DNA of 39,388 bases, taken from a virus. Lineage: Duplodnaviria; Caudoviricetes. The position numbers and the translations under genes are program-made. Positions within the stretch are counted from its first letter, which is position 1; each line of letters starts with the position of its first letter. The stretch lies in IMG/VR virus record IMGVR_UViG_3300037657_000017, positions 1-39,388 of that record; one strand, 5' to 3'. Shown piece after piece: positions 1 through 7,271 of this stretch. Below the pieces are notes generated by a model. The model saw only the letters and a list, made by a program, of their open reading frames with translations. It was not told the origin of the DNA and searched no databases.

Positions 1-264
1 CATGTTCTCACGGTGTCTCCGGCGGCACACCGTCCGCAAGGATAAAGGACGCCGACAAGCATAGCTGTTTGGCCGCCGCGCCCGTGACACGGCAGAGCGG
101 GACAACCGGACAGCGCGCGGGTAGCTCGGTGTGCGCTACTCGCATCCCTGACCACTATCGCGCCGCGCCGCCGTCAATGACCTCCTCCATGTGACGGTTG
201 ACGCGGCGTTCACTATCCCGGTGTGGGCTGTGTGTCACCAGGTCTTGCCCTCATCTGAATAGCG

Positions 265-1668
265 TCAACACGTGGTGAGATAGTAGCCATCGCGCGTGTC
301 TGCCGGCAGGAGCAGCGCCACATACGGCGCAACGGACGGCTGCGGCTTGACGGCAACGATGGTACGGTCGCGCATGAGGATGTCCGAAAAGAGGGATGTC
401 AGCAAATGGCGGCGCTCAGTCGCGTCGGCGTCTTGCCAGTGTGCGGGCAGGTCGCGCATGAACGCGGCGACAGCGGCCAGGTCAACGGCGGGCGATTGCT
501 CGCGCACCTCCAAGAGAGAGCGCAGGCGGTCGCGCTCGCGCAGGTAGACATCACGCGGCGTATCGCCCAGCACGTAGGTGTCGCGCAGGCGCTCAATCTG
601 GCGCTCAACCGTGGCGACATCGGGGCGCGACCGCTCGCCGGCAGGCCGTCCGGCGATCCGGCGCAGGGCGTCATCGGGAGGTGCGAGGCGCGCCAGAAGC
701 GGCGGTATCTGTGCAATCAGACGCGCCTCACCGACGCCACGCTGCGCACAGGCAGACCCGGCCCAGCGCCCGCCGCACACGTACACGGGGCCGCGCTGCT
801 GTGGCGTCTGTGCGTGGTAATGTTCACCGCAGAGAGCGCAGGTCAAGAGCGCACCGAACAGGTAGGCACGGTAAGTCGGCGGGTGCGAGGCGGTGCGGCG
901 ATTGGACGCAAGTGATTGTTCGGCCAGGGCAAAGATCGTCGGGTCAACGATTGGCTCATGGCTGCCCGCGTACCAGACGCCGTGATGCTGCACCTGGCCG
1001 AGATACAGGCGGTTATGCAGCAGCGGGGAGAAGCCGGACACGTGGCGCAGGTAGCCGGCGGCGGCGCTCTCGTCGCGCAGTTGGCGCAGGGTGCAGCCCT
1101 CTGCGGCCATCGCAAACAGGCGCTTGACGAGGGGCGCAGTGTCGGGATCGGGCACAATCACACCATCAACGCGATGATAGCCCAGGGCGCAGGTGCTTGC
1201 GTTATTCTTGCCTTGCGTGGCGCGCTCGCCCTTGCCTTTGGTGACATGGTGGGCGAGGTTATCCGAGAAGTAGGAGGCAAAGGCGCCGAGGATCACGAGC
1301 TGCAACTTGCCTTCCGGTGTGTCATAGGAGATGGCTTCAGAGAGTGAGACGAAGGCGACGTGGTTATCGGCCAGGATGCGGAAGACGGTCAGTGTCACCA
1401 TGACGTTGCGGCTGAGTCTATCCAGGGAATGCACAAGCAGCACGTCAACCTGACGCGCCTTGACAGCATCCAGCGCAGCGGTCAGGCCGGGGCGCTTCTC
1501 GATGCGCTCCGATCGGGCGCTAATGCCCTCGTCTGTTGTCTCCAGGGCAATGGTGTAGGTGCGGGCGGTGCAGGCGTCGTGGAGGGCGCGCCGTTGCGCG
1601 TCTAACGAATAGCCTTCCCGTTGTTGCTCTGTGGAGACGCGCGAATAGAGAGCGGCGCGAAGGGTCAA
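265..1668 (-). CDS. int: Large serine recombinase (phage integrase)
   Basis: N-terminal resolvase motif YSRVSTEQQ (catalytic Ser) and LDRLSRN; recombinase domain (LHNRLYLG...HEPIV); Zn ribbon CALC...YVC...C; coiled coil; 467 aa. Confidence 0.95.
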   Translation of the reverse strand: MTLRAALYSRVSTEQQREGYSLDAQRRALHDACTARTYTIALETTDEGISARSERIEKRPGLTAALDAVKARQVDVLLVHSLDRLSRNVMVTLTVFRILADNHVAFVSLSEAISYDTPEGKLQLVILGAFASYFSDNLAHHVTKGKGERATQGKNNASTCALGYHRVDGVIVPDPDTAPLVKRLFAMAAEGCTLRQLRDESAAAGYLRHVSGFSPLLHNRLYLGQVQHHGVWYAGSHEPIVDPTIFALAEQSLASNRRTASHPPTYRAYLFGALLTCALCGEHYHAQTPQQRGPVYVCGGRWAGSACAQRGVGEARLIAQIPPLLARLAPPDDALRRIAGRPAGERSRPDVATVERQIERLRDTYVLGDTPRDVYLRERDRLRSLLEVREQSPAVDLAAVAAFMRDLPAHWQDADATERRHLLTSLFSDILMRDRTIVAVKPQPSVAPYVALLLPADTRDGYYLTTC

Positions 1669-2141
1669 AAGCCTGTCACCTCTTTGATCTTGTATGATGT
1701 GGCGCTATCCTCAAGGATGATCGCCTTGAACTTCCACAGACCGCCCGGCTCCAGGCCGTTGACATTGGCCAGCGTGCTGCCCACCAATGCGCCGCTCTTG
1801 TCATACAGGCTGATGCTCACCTGGACATAGCCATGCGTTTTCGTGCTGTTGTTGCGCACCGTGCCGACAACGTAGCGGGCATACTGCTCGGAGAGGATGC
1901 TATGGTCCAAGACCTCCAGGGCCGGCTTCTGTGGCGTGTTCGTGGGCCGGGGCGTGTTCGTCGGTTTCGCAGCCGTGGCGATCGGCGCGCTTGTCGGCTG
2001 TGCTGATTGGCCGGCAACGGTTGCGACGGGCGCGGCTGTCGGCGTGGCGCTCGCGTCTTTCTTGCTGGGGCTGGCGACGGCGACGCACATGCAGATGAGA
2101 ACCAGGGCGACGATACCGATGAGGATGTTGCGCTTTGTCAT
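1665..2141 (-). CDS. Membrane-anchored FxLYD-domain protein, possible superinfection exclusion factor
   Basis: N-terminal hydrophobic anchor, PT-rich linker, then GTVRNNS...VSISLYDKSGALVG...LEPG typical of FxLYD Ig-like domain; sits between repressor and integrase. Confidence 0.8.
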   Translation of the reverse strand: MTKRNILIGIVALVLICMCVAVASPSKKDASATPTAAPVATVAGQSAQPTSAPIATAAKPTNTPRPTNTPQKPALEVLDHSILSEQYARYVVGTVRNNSTKTHGYVQVSISLYDKSGALVGSTLANVNGLEPGGLWKFKAIILEDSATSYKIKEVTGF

Positions 2142-2260
2142 CGTGTCTCCTACTGTCTACTGCGCTCACCGGCGCGGTTATACGTGCAATTGCGTACTTG
2201 ACGGCGTATCCGGCGGGGTGTACTCTACGTCTATCTACGTAGGAAGCGTTTACATTGGTG

Positions 2261-2303
2261 TTGACAAGCACAAAGACTTGTGAGACAATAGAACGGACGT
2301 TCT
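2261..2303 (+). promoter_or_regulatory. Sigma70-type promoter with overlapping LexA (SOS) box
   Basis: TTGACA (2261-2266), 17 bp, GACAAT (2284-2289, preceded by TGn); AGAAC-ggac-GTTCT at 2290-2303 covers the predicted start site. Confidence 0.8.
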
Positions 2304-2362
2304 GATACATACCCCATCGCTGCACCATCACCGCTGCCACTGCTGTTCGACGGAGAAGATTC

Positions 2363-2569
2363 ATGCAAGCGGAAAAGCCCTCGGAACCTACGCTACAGTT
2401 TCAGTACTGTCCCCGCTGTGGAGAGTCACGCGTTTTCCTGAACGGCGTTTGTCTTGCCTGTGCGCCTTCCGATGTTCCTCGTAGAGAAACCGCGCCATTG
2501 TCTCCAGCGTCCGTATTGTCCCGGCGTCCATATCGGGATAGTCGCGCCGCAACACCTCGGCAAGTGTAA
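2363..2569 (+). CDS. Small Zn-finger protein, candidate SOS-induced antirepressor
   Basis: GGAG RBS at 2352-2355; CPRC-x10-CLAC motif; downstream of the LexA-boxed promoter; overlaps the repressor gene antisense. Confidence 0.55.
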   Translation: MQAEKPSEPTLQFQYCPRCGESRVFLNGVCLACAPSDVPRRETAPLSPASVLSRRPYRDSRAATPRQV

Positions 2570-2789
2570 TCTCTTGCAGTGGGACGTCTGGCAAGAACTC
2601 CTGCACCGGGGTCTGTGTGTGGCGCGCAATCGCTTCGAGCGTGTCAAGGGTGATCCCTTTCACGTTGCCATGCTCATACGATGATAGCTGCGATTGGCTA
2701 AACCCCAGCTTCTCAGCAAGCTCGCCCTGGTTCAGGTCAGCCCTCTTGCGCGCCCTCTGTATGCGCTCCCCGATAGCAATATTGTCCAT
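2388..2789 (-). CDS. XRE/Cro-CI family HTH repressor without S24 peptidase domain
   Basis: IGERIQRARKRADLNQGELAEKLGFSQSQLSSYEHG is a classic HTH_3 sequence; divergent from the early operon. Confidence 0.92.
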   Translation of the reverse strand: MDNIAIGERIQRARKRADLNQGELAEKLGFSQSQLSSYEHGNVKGITLDTLEAIARHTQTPVQEFLPDVPLQEITLAEVLRRDYPDMDAGTIRTLETMARFLYEEHRKAHRQDKRRSGKRVTLHSGDSTETVA

Positions 2790-2803
2790 ACCGATATTCT
2801 ACA
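2787..2803 (-). promoter_or_regulatory. -10 element for a probably leaderless repressor transcript
   Basis: Minus strand TAGAAT (2801-2796) lies 6 nt upstream of the ATG; no SD sequence. Confidence 0.55.
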
Positions 2804-2918
2804 CCAGCCCGGCCCCGTTGTGTGCATTTCAGTCTGACCAAAAGAACGCCTCTCAGTAATGAGTTTTATCAGTTTCGCAAATTGGCCCCTAAAAACACGC
2901 CAAACGCTTGACAGTATA

Positions 2919-2927
2919 TGGTATAAT
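2919..2927 (+). promoter_or_regulatory. Early lytic promoter (extended -10)
   Basis: TGGTATAAT (TGn + consensus TATAAT) in the AT-rich divergent intergenic region. Confidence 0.65.
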
Positions 2928-2980
2928 ATTGGTGTAAGAGATAGCAAATAGAAGTACCACAAATAACGAGGAGAACACAA

Positions 2981-3139
2981 ATGGCAGACAACCAGACATA
3001 CAACCCGCTGGCCGTGGACGCAGAACTGATCCGGCTACACGCCGAGATGATGGCAAAGTGCTGGCAGGAGTGGAACACGTTATCCGCAGAACGCCAGGCC
3101 GAAATCCTGCGTGGGATGCAGGAGAACGCCGCACGGTAA
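2981..3139 (+). CDS. Small hypothetical protein (52 aa), first gene of the early operon
   Basis: GAGGAG RBS; MADNQTYNPLAVDAELIRLHAEMMAKCWQEWNTLSAERQAEILRGMQENAAR; below the ORF-track length cutoff. Confidence 0.7.
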   Translation: MADNQTYNPLAVDAELIRLHAEMMAKCWQEWNTLSAERQAEILRGMQENAAR

Positions 3140-3203
3140 CATGCACGAGGTCTGCCGGCCTTATCCGCAAGACCGGCACGGCAACACAGAGGAGGAAAAG
3201 CCC

Positions 3204-3389
3204 ATGAATGAAACAGCAGTTGAGGAGAGGGTCATCGTATCGGCGTGGCTGCCCGAACCGCTAGGCACACGCTTTGAGAACTACCGCTGGCGCAATCGCA
3301 TGACCAAGACTGATGTTGTCACGGATGCGGTGGTGGAATACCTGGAGCGCCATGACACCCAGCCCGCGCAAGAGCAGGCCCAGTCATGA
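3204..3389 (+). CDS. Ribbon-helix-helix (Arc/CopG-like) DNA-binding protein, Cro-position regulator
   Basis: GGAGG RBS; VIVSAWLP strand, helix, then MTKTDVVTDAVVEYL pattern. Confidence 0.7.
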   Translation: MNETAVEERVIVSAWLPEPLGTRFENYRWRNRMTKTDVVTDAVVEYLERHDTQPAQEQAQS

Positions 3390-3619
3390 CGCAAGACCAA
3401 GCGTGGCACGCACTCACGCCGCAGCAGCAGGACGCACTTGTCGCAGTATTAGCGTCCCACGTCGCATTCGTGGCCCGGCACCGGGCAGAATTGAGAGAGG
3501 AGGCAACACATGACATCACTGGACAAGATGTTCAACGCAATCGAAAAGAACCCGCCGTATCACATCGAGCGCACGATCACGCCGGAGCAGACGACATGCT
3601 TCATCATGCACAACGGTAA
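3386..3619 (+). CDS. Hypothetical protein
   Basis: ATGA coupling to previous stop; overlaps next ORF by 110 nt. Confidence 0.45.
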   Translation: MTQDQAWHALTPQQQDALVAVLASHVAFVARHRAELREEATHDITGQDVQRNRKEPAVSHRAHDHAGADDMLHHAQR

Positions 3620-3791
3620 CGTCGTCGCGGCAATGAGCGGGCCAGACTATGACGCCGTGACAGCACGGGCGTCGATCACATGCGGGCGGCTGAACTACCG
3701 GGCAACTGGCGTTGTATGCTCGCCTGTTCTGGAGCCGACGCACACGATCCCGGCGTGGGTGATGGCGGTGCAGGTGGAGGTGACAGCATGA
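3510..3791 (+). CDS. Hypothetical protein
   Basis: GGAGG RBS; coupled to next ORF. Confidence 0.65.
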   Translation: MTSLDKMFNAIEKNPPYHIERTITPEQTTCFIMHNGNVVAAMSGPDYDAVTARASITCGRLNYRATGVVCSPVLEPTHTIPAWVMAVQVEVTA

Positions 3792-3925
3792 TAAACGCAT
3801 TCGCGGCAGGAGCTTGCTTCATGGCAATGCTGTATCATCTTGCGAATAAGTCGTATGGATGGGCGGCGTTGGGGGCTGCATTTGTGATTGTCAACCTATT
3901 ATGGTGTTGGGTGGTGACGGCATGA
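3788..3925 (+). CDS. Small membrane protein (2 TM)
   Basis: GGAGG RBS, ATGA overlap, hydrophobic 45 aa. Confidence 0.6.
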   Translation: MINAFAAGACFMAMLYHLANKSYGWAALGAAFVIVNLLWCWVVTA

Positions 3926-4014
3926 TTGACACTCTCGCGTCTATCGGCGAGTTCATCCTGATCGTGGTCATCTTCCTGGCGCTGGGCTTCGTCTGCCTGA
4001 TGGCATCACTATGA
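3922..4014 (+). CDS. Small single-TM peptide (30 aa)
   Basis: ATGA coupling; MIDTLASIGEFILIVVIFLALGFVCLMASL. Confidence 0.5.
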   Translation: MIDTLASIGEFILIVVIFLALGFVCLMASL

Positions 4015-4104
4015 CGCCAGACAGCCCAGACTTCACCAACGGGCGGCTGCCCCCACCGGAGCCGCCAAAGAAGTAGGACGGCGCACCGGATGCGCAGGTA
4101 GGGG

Positions 4105-4380
4105 ATGGAATGGACAGTCACGGACCTAGTAGGCGTGTACCTTGATGTCGATAGCCTTCTCCAAGAGGGCAAGGTCGAGGCAGCCCGGAAGCGCTTGCAT
4201 CTAGCGATGGCTGATGCAGCGACGGGGAGAATCAGAGAACGGAGTTATGGGGAGCTGCAGCATGATTCGCAACCTGTCGCCATACATCGTGACCGAGCGC
4301 AGCGTACTACAGACACAGACCGACTATCGCACAATGGAGACGGTCATCACAGCAAACGGGCGTCCGATCGTGGCCTGTAG
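4105..4380 (+). CDS. Hypothetical protein
   Basis: Purine-rich RBS; operon position; overlaps next ORF. Confidence 0.45.
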   Translation: MEWTVTDLVGVYLDVDSLLQEGKVEAARKRLHLAMADAATGRIRERSYGELQHDSQPVAIHRDRAQRTTDTDRLSHNGDGHHSKRASDRGL

Positions 4381-4495
4381 CACGAAGCAAGAGGCCCAAG
4401 ACATGCTCACCTATTTGGATGATCGCAAGCCCCGGCGTACGGCAAACACGGCAAACATACCAAGCCCAAGCATTGAAGACATATTCGGAGTGTGA
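4262..4495 (+). CDS. Hypothetical protein
   Basis: GGAG RBS before MIRNLSPY; ends just before bet. Confidence 0.6.
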   Translation: MIRNLSPYIVTERSVLQTQTDYRTMETVITANGRPIVACSTKQEAQDMLTYLDDRKPRRTANTANIPSPSIEDIFGV

Positions 4496-4504
4496 GGAGG
4501 AATC

Positions 4505-5443
4505 ATGGACGCAGCACGGGGGTACGACCAGAGCAAGATCGACCTGCTCAAAGCGACCTACGCGAAGGGCGCAACTGACACAGAGTTACAACTGTTTCTG
4601 ACCGTGGCCCAGCATCGTGGGTTGGACCCATTCAGCGGTCAGATCGTGTTCGTCAAGCGCAAGCAGTTTGTTGACGGCGAGTACAAGGAAGTCGGCACAT
4701 TCCAGGTGACGATTGACGGCTTCCGGGCCATTGCCGATCGCACTGGCCAGTACATGCCGTCGGAGAACCTGCCCGTCTTCACCTACAAGAAAGACGGCAC
4801 ACTGGAATCGGCCATCGTTGAGGCGCTGAAGTGGCACGAGAAATCACAACAGTGGATGCGCGTCAAAGCCGTTGCCCGCTATGACGAGTTTGTGCAGATG
4901 ACGCGTGACGGCAAGCCGAACCATATGTGGGCGAAAATGCCGCACAACCAGCTTGCCAAGTGCGCAGAGGCGCAACTGTTCCGCAAGACCTGGCCGCAGC
5001 AGACGGAAGGGCTGGAAGTCGAGGGTGTCGAGGCGTTGCCGCCGGGCGCAATCGAAGGCCAGTACACAGCGATAACGGAAGGAAAGGCGCCCGCTTCATC
5101 GGCGCTGCCGGCTACAACTCAGCCAACACAACTTGACATTGCCCGCGCTCGCGTCCAGGAAATCGCAACACGGCTGACCGGACAGACACGCGAGGAGGCG
5201 GAGGCGGAACTTGCGGCGCACGAAGCGGAGACCATCCCCGCCGGCCATGACGAGCGCCTGGCCTTCATCGCTGCCCATTGCGCTGACATCAATTGGACGC
5301 CCCGCGACGTGAGCAAGTACGTCAAAGACACCTTCATGCACTCCAATCCCAGCCAATGCACCGATGACGAACTGCTCACCCTGTGCAAGATGGTGACGAC
5401 GAAGCCCGCGACCGACAACGACACGACAGGAGCGGGGAAATGA
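4505..5443 (+). CDS. bet: Bet/RecT-family ssDNA annealing protein
   Basis: ELQLFLTVAQHRGLDPFSGQIVFVKR, IDGFRAIADRTGQY, WAKMPHNQLAKCAEAQLFRKTWP motifs. Confidence 0.92.
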   Translation: MDAARGYDQSKIDLLKATYAKGATDTELQLFLTVAQHRGLDPFSGQIVFVKRKQFVDGEYKEVGTFQVTIDGFRAIADRTGQYMPSENLPVFTYKKDGTLESAIVEALKWHEKSQQWMRVKAVARYDEFVQMTRDGKPNHMWAKMPHNQLAKCAEAQLFRKTWPQQTEGLEVEGVEALPPGAIEGQYTAITEGKAPASSALPATTQPTQLDIARARVQEIATRLTGQTREEAEAELAAHEAETIPAGHDERLAFIAAHCADINWTPRDVSKYVKDTFMHSNPSQCTDDELLTLCKMVTTKPATDNDTTGAGK

Positions 5444-5877
5444 GCGAGACACTCAACGACCTGGCACGCACGGTAGCACTCGCACGGCAAGAGGAAGACC
5501 ATCTCAAGGCGCTGGTCAAGGAATCAGACGAAGCGTACGCGCTACAGACCGCCTACATGCGTGAGCAACTGAAAAAGGCCAGCGACGCAGCCCGCCAAGC
5601 GGAGTTTGAGCTACGCATCGCATCGCTCAAGGCGTGGGAAACAGACGGCAACAAGCACCAGCCCGGCGCAACCATCCGCATGATGAAGCGGGTGCTGTAC
5701 GAGGCGAAAGACGCGATGGCCTGGGCGATGGAGCACAAGATGTTTCTCAAGCTCGACGATAAAGGCTTTGAGCGGTACGCCAAAGAGACGCCGCCGGACT
5801 TCGTGCTAGTGCAGGATGAAGCGACAGCGGCCATTGACAGCGACCTGAGTGCGTTCCTGAAGGATGGTGCGGAATGA
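5440..5877 (+). CDS. Gam/siphovirus gp157-like coiled-coil protein
   Basis: N-terminal coiled coil, short beta-rich C-terminal part, adjacent to bet. Confidence 0.55.
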   Translation: MSETLNDLARTVALARQEEDHLKALVKESDEAYALQTAYMREQLKKASDAARQAEFELRIASLKAWETDGNKHQPGATIRMMKRVLYEAKDAMAWAMEHKMFLKLDDKGFERYAKETPPDFVLVQDEATAAIDSDLSAFLKDGAE

Positions 5878-6086
5878 GCGAGGCGCCGAAGGTTTGCCCG
5901 CTGTTTATGATGGCGAAGGTCGCGGGAATGGAGAACGCCGGTAACCGCGCCGAGGAATGTATCGAGGAGCAGTGCGCATTCTGGGTTCACGAGGTGCAGG
6001 ATTTCAGCGCTACCAAGAGCACCGACTACTCCGAGTGCAGCATCCCGTACATGACAAAGGCCGTCGAGCGGTTGTCTCTGAAGTAG
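5874..6086 (+). CDS. Small Cys-rich protein
   Basis: CPL...CIEEQCAFW...C motif common in phage small proteins; ATGA coupling. Confidence 0.65.
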   Translation: MSEAPKVCPLFMMAKVAGMENAGNRAEECIEEQCAFWVHEVQDFSATKSTDYSECSIPYMTKAVERLSLK

Positions 6087-6550
6087 CACTCCCAGCGGCC
6101 ACTCGCTTACGCACGACCGCCGGTCAGTGAGCGACCGAGCCTGCACACCCGTTTGACGGGCAAAGGAGGTCGCCTCCTCAATCGCTCATGGTACGGCAGT
6201 CCGGCGCAAGACGGGCTGCAAACAACTGAATGGGGCGCTCCATACGCGCTCCGATACCAGCCAGCCGGGGATAGTATAGGGTATCGTGATTCTATCCCCG
6301 GCAACGACACAGAACACGCTCACCCATGCGCCCGCCGGACACGCCTCACGCCGAATAGTCTGAACGGCGACCAATGAGGCTCGGCAGATGACAACCCGAC
6401 TGTGACGGGGACGCGGAGTACCGCTGAAACGTTGTGAGGTGAGCAACCCAGACGCTAGGGATATAGCGCCAGACGCACCACAGGACGCCCCATGCCGCTC
6501 GACGTGTAGGCTCCAGGCCTATGCGGGGCGGGGTCGAAGTCGGCGGCAAA
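6087..6550 (+). ncRNA. Candidate large structured non-coding RNA, family unassigned
   Basis: 480-bp gap in an otherwise tightly coupled operon containing more than 12 mutually compatible helices, long-range pairings and a pseudoknot; G-U pairs favour the + strand. Confidence 0.65.
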
Positions 6551-6567
6551 GATAAAAGGAGGGGGAG

Positions 6568-7248
6568 ATGTTCAAAGTAGGGGATGAGGTGTTGGTCAAG
6601 GCGAAGGTTGTCAAGGTCAACAGCAACAACAGCAGTAATTATCCATACAAGGTTGACTTCGGTGACGATTTTTCGTGGCGTTCTGCCGCCGACATCCTGC
6701 CCGTCCCTACTGCGCCGACGTTCCGCGTGGGGGATAAGGTGAAACCGACCATTGGCGTAAGATCGCGCACGGTCGAGGTTGTTGTAGGGCAGCAGCCGTG
6801 CTACAAGATAAACGGTAGCCTTTACATGTACGCCGAGGCCGATCTTACGCTTGTCGAGAAAGCAGCGCCCGCCAAGCCCGCCACGTCCTACTCGCTCTTC
6901 GTCGATGACACCAACGACATCGACTGGCGGCGCATCTGTGAGGAAGCAGATGCGGGGACGGATGTCATCAAGGTGACAGCGCCAGGTGTATCTACTGTTC
7001 TCCTGTTGCGCGAGTCGTGGCTACGCAGGGCTAATCCCGATTGGACTTTGGGTGACGGTAGCGTGCAGGCAACGCTTGACGGCTACCGTACAGCAATCAA
7101 TGTTGTTGCTCCTGACGGCTGGCGTGTTCGTGTGCCTGGTGAAAGGTGGGAGAGCAGAATGCTTACCCATATCGCCGCCATTCGCGCCGCCATCGCCGCC
7201 AAAGAAGCCGCCGCGAAGAAGATCGAGGTGAAGGTCGAGGTGGTGTAG
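6568..7248 (+). CDS. Protein with two tandem KOW/SH3-like repeats
   Basis: FKVGDEVLV and FRVGDKVKP repeats; strong AGGAGG RBS. Confidence 0.75.
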   Translation: MFKVGDEVLVKAKVVKVNSNNSSNYPYKVDFGDDFSWRSAADILPVPTAPTFRVGDKVKPTIGVRSRTVEVVVGQQPCYKINGSLYMYAEADLTLVEKAAPAKPATSYSLFVDDTNDIDWRRICEEADAGTDVIKVTAPGVSTVLLLRESWLRRANPDWTLGDGSVQATLDGYRTAINVVAPDGWRVRVPGERWESRMLTHIAAIRAAIAAKEAAAKKIEVKVEVV

Positions 7249-7271
7249 GGCGGAAACACAGGAGGCACAGC

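Noticed and set aside
2908-2927. TTGACA and TATAAT as one consensus promoter
   Set aside because: Spacer is 8 bp rather than ~17; only the extended -10 was kept
6380-6435. Hammerhead-like core (CAGATGA...GAAAC)
   Set aside because: The invariant CUGANGA is broken (CAGAUGA) and stems I and III cannot be assembled
6445-6472. Group I intron R/S-like words (cagacgcta...gatatagcg)
   Set aside because: Only 6 nt between the would-be P7 strands, no room for P3/P8, and no interrupted gene
6230-6493. tmRNA-like GGGGCG...CGCCCCA ends
   Set aside because: No T-loop, no G3-U70 pair, no CCA end and no tag reading frame
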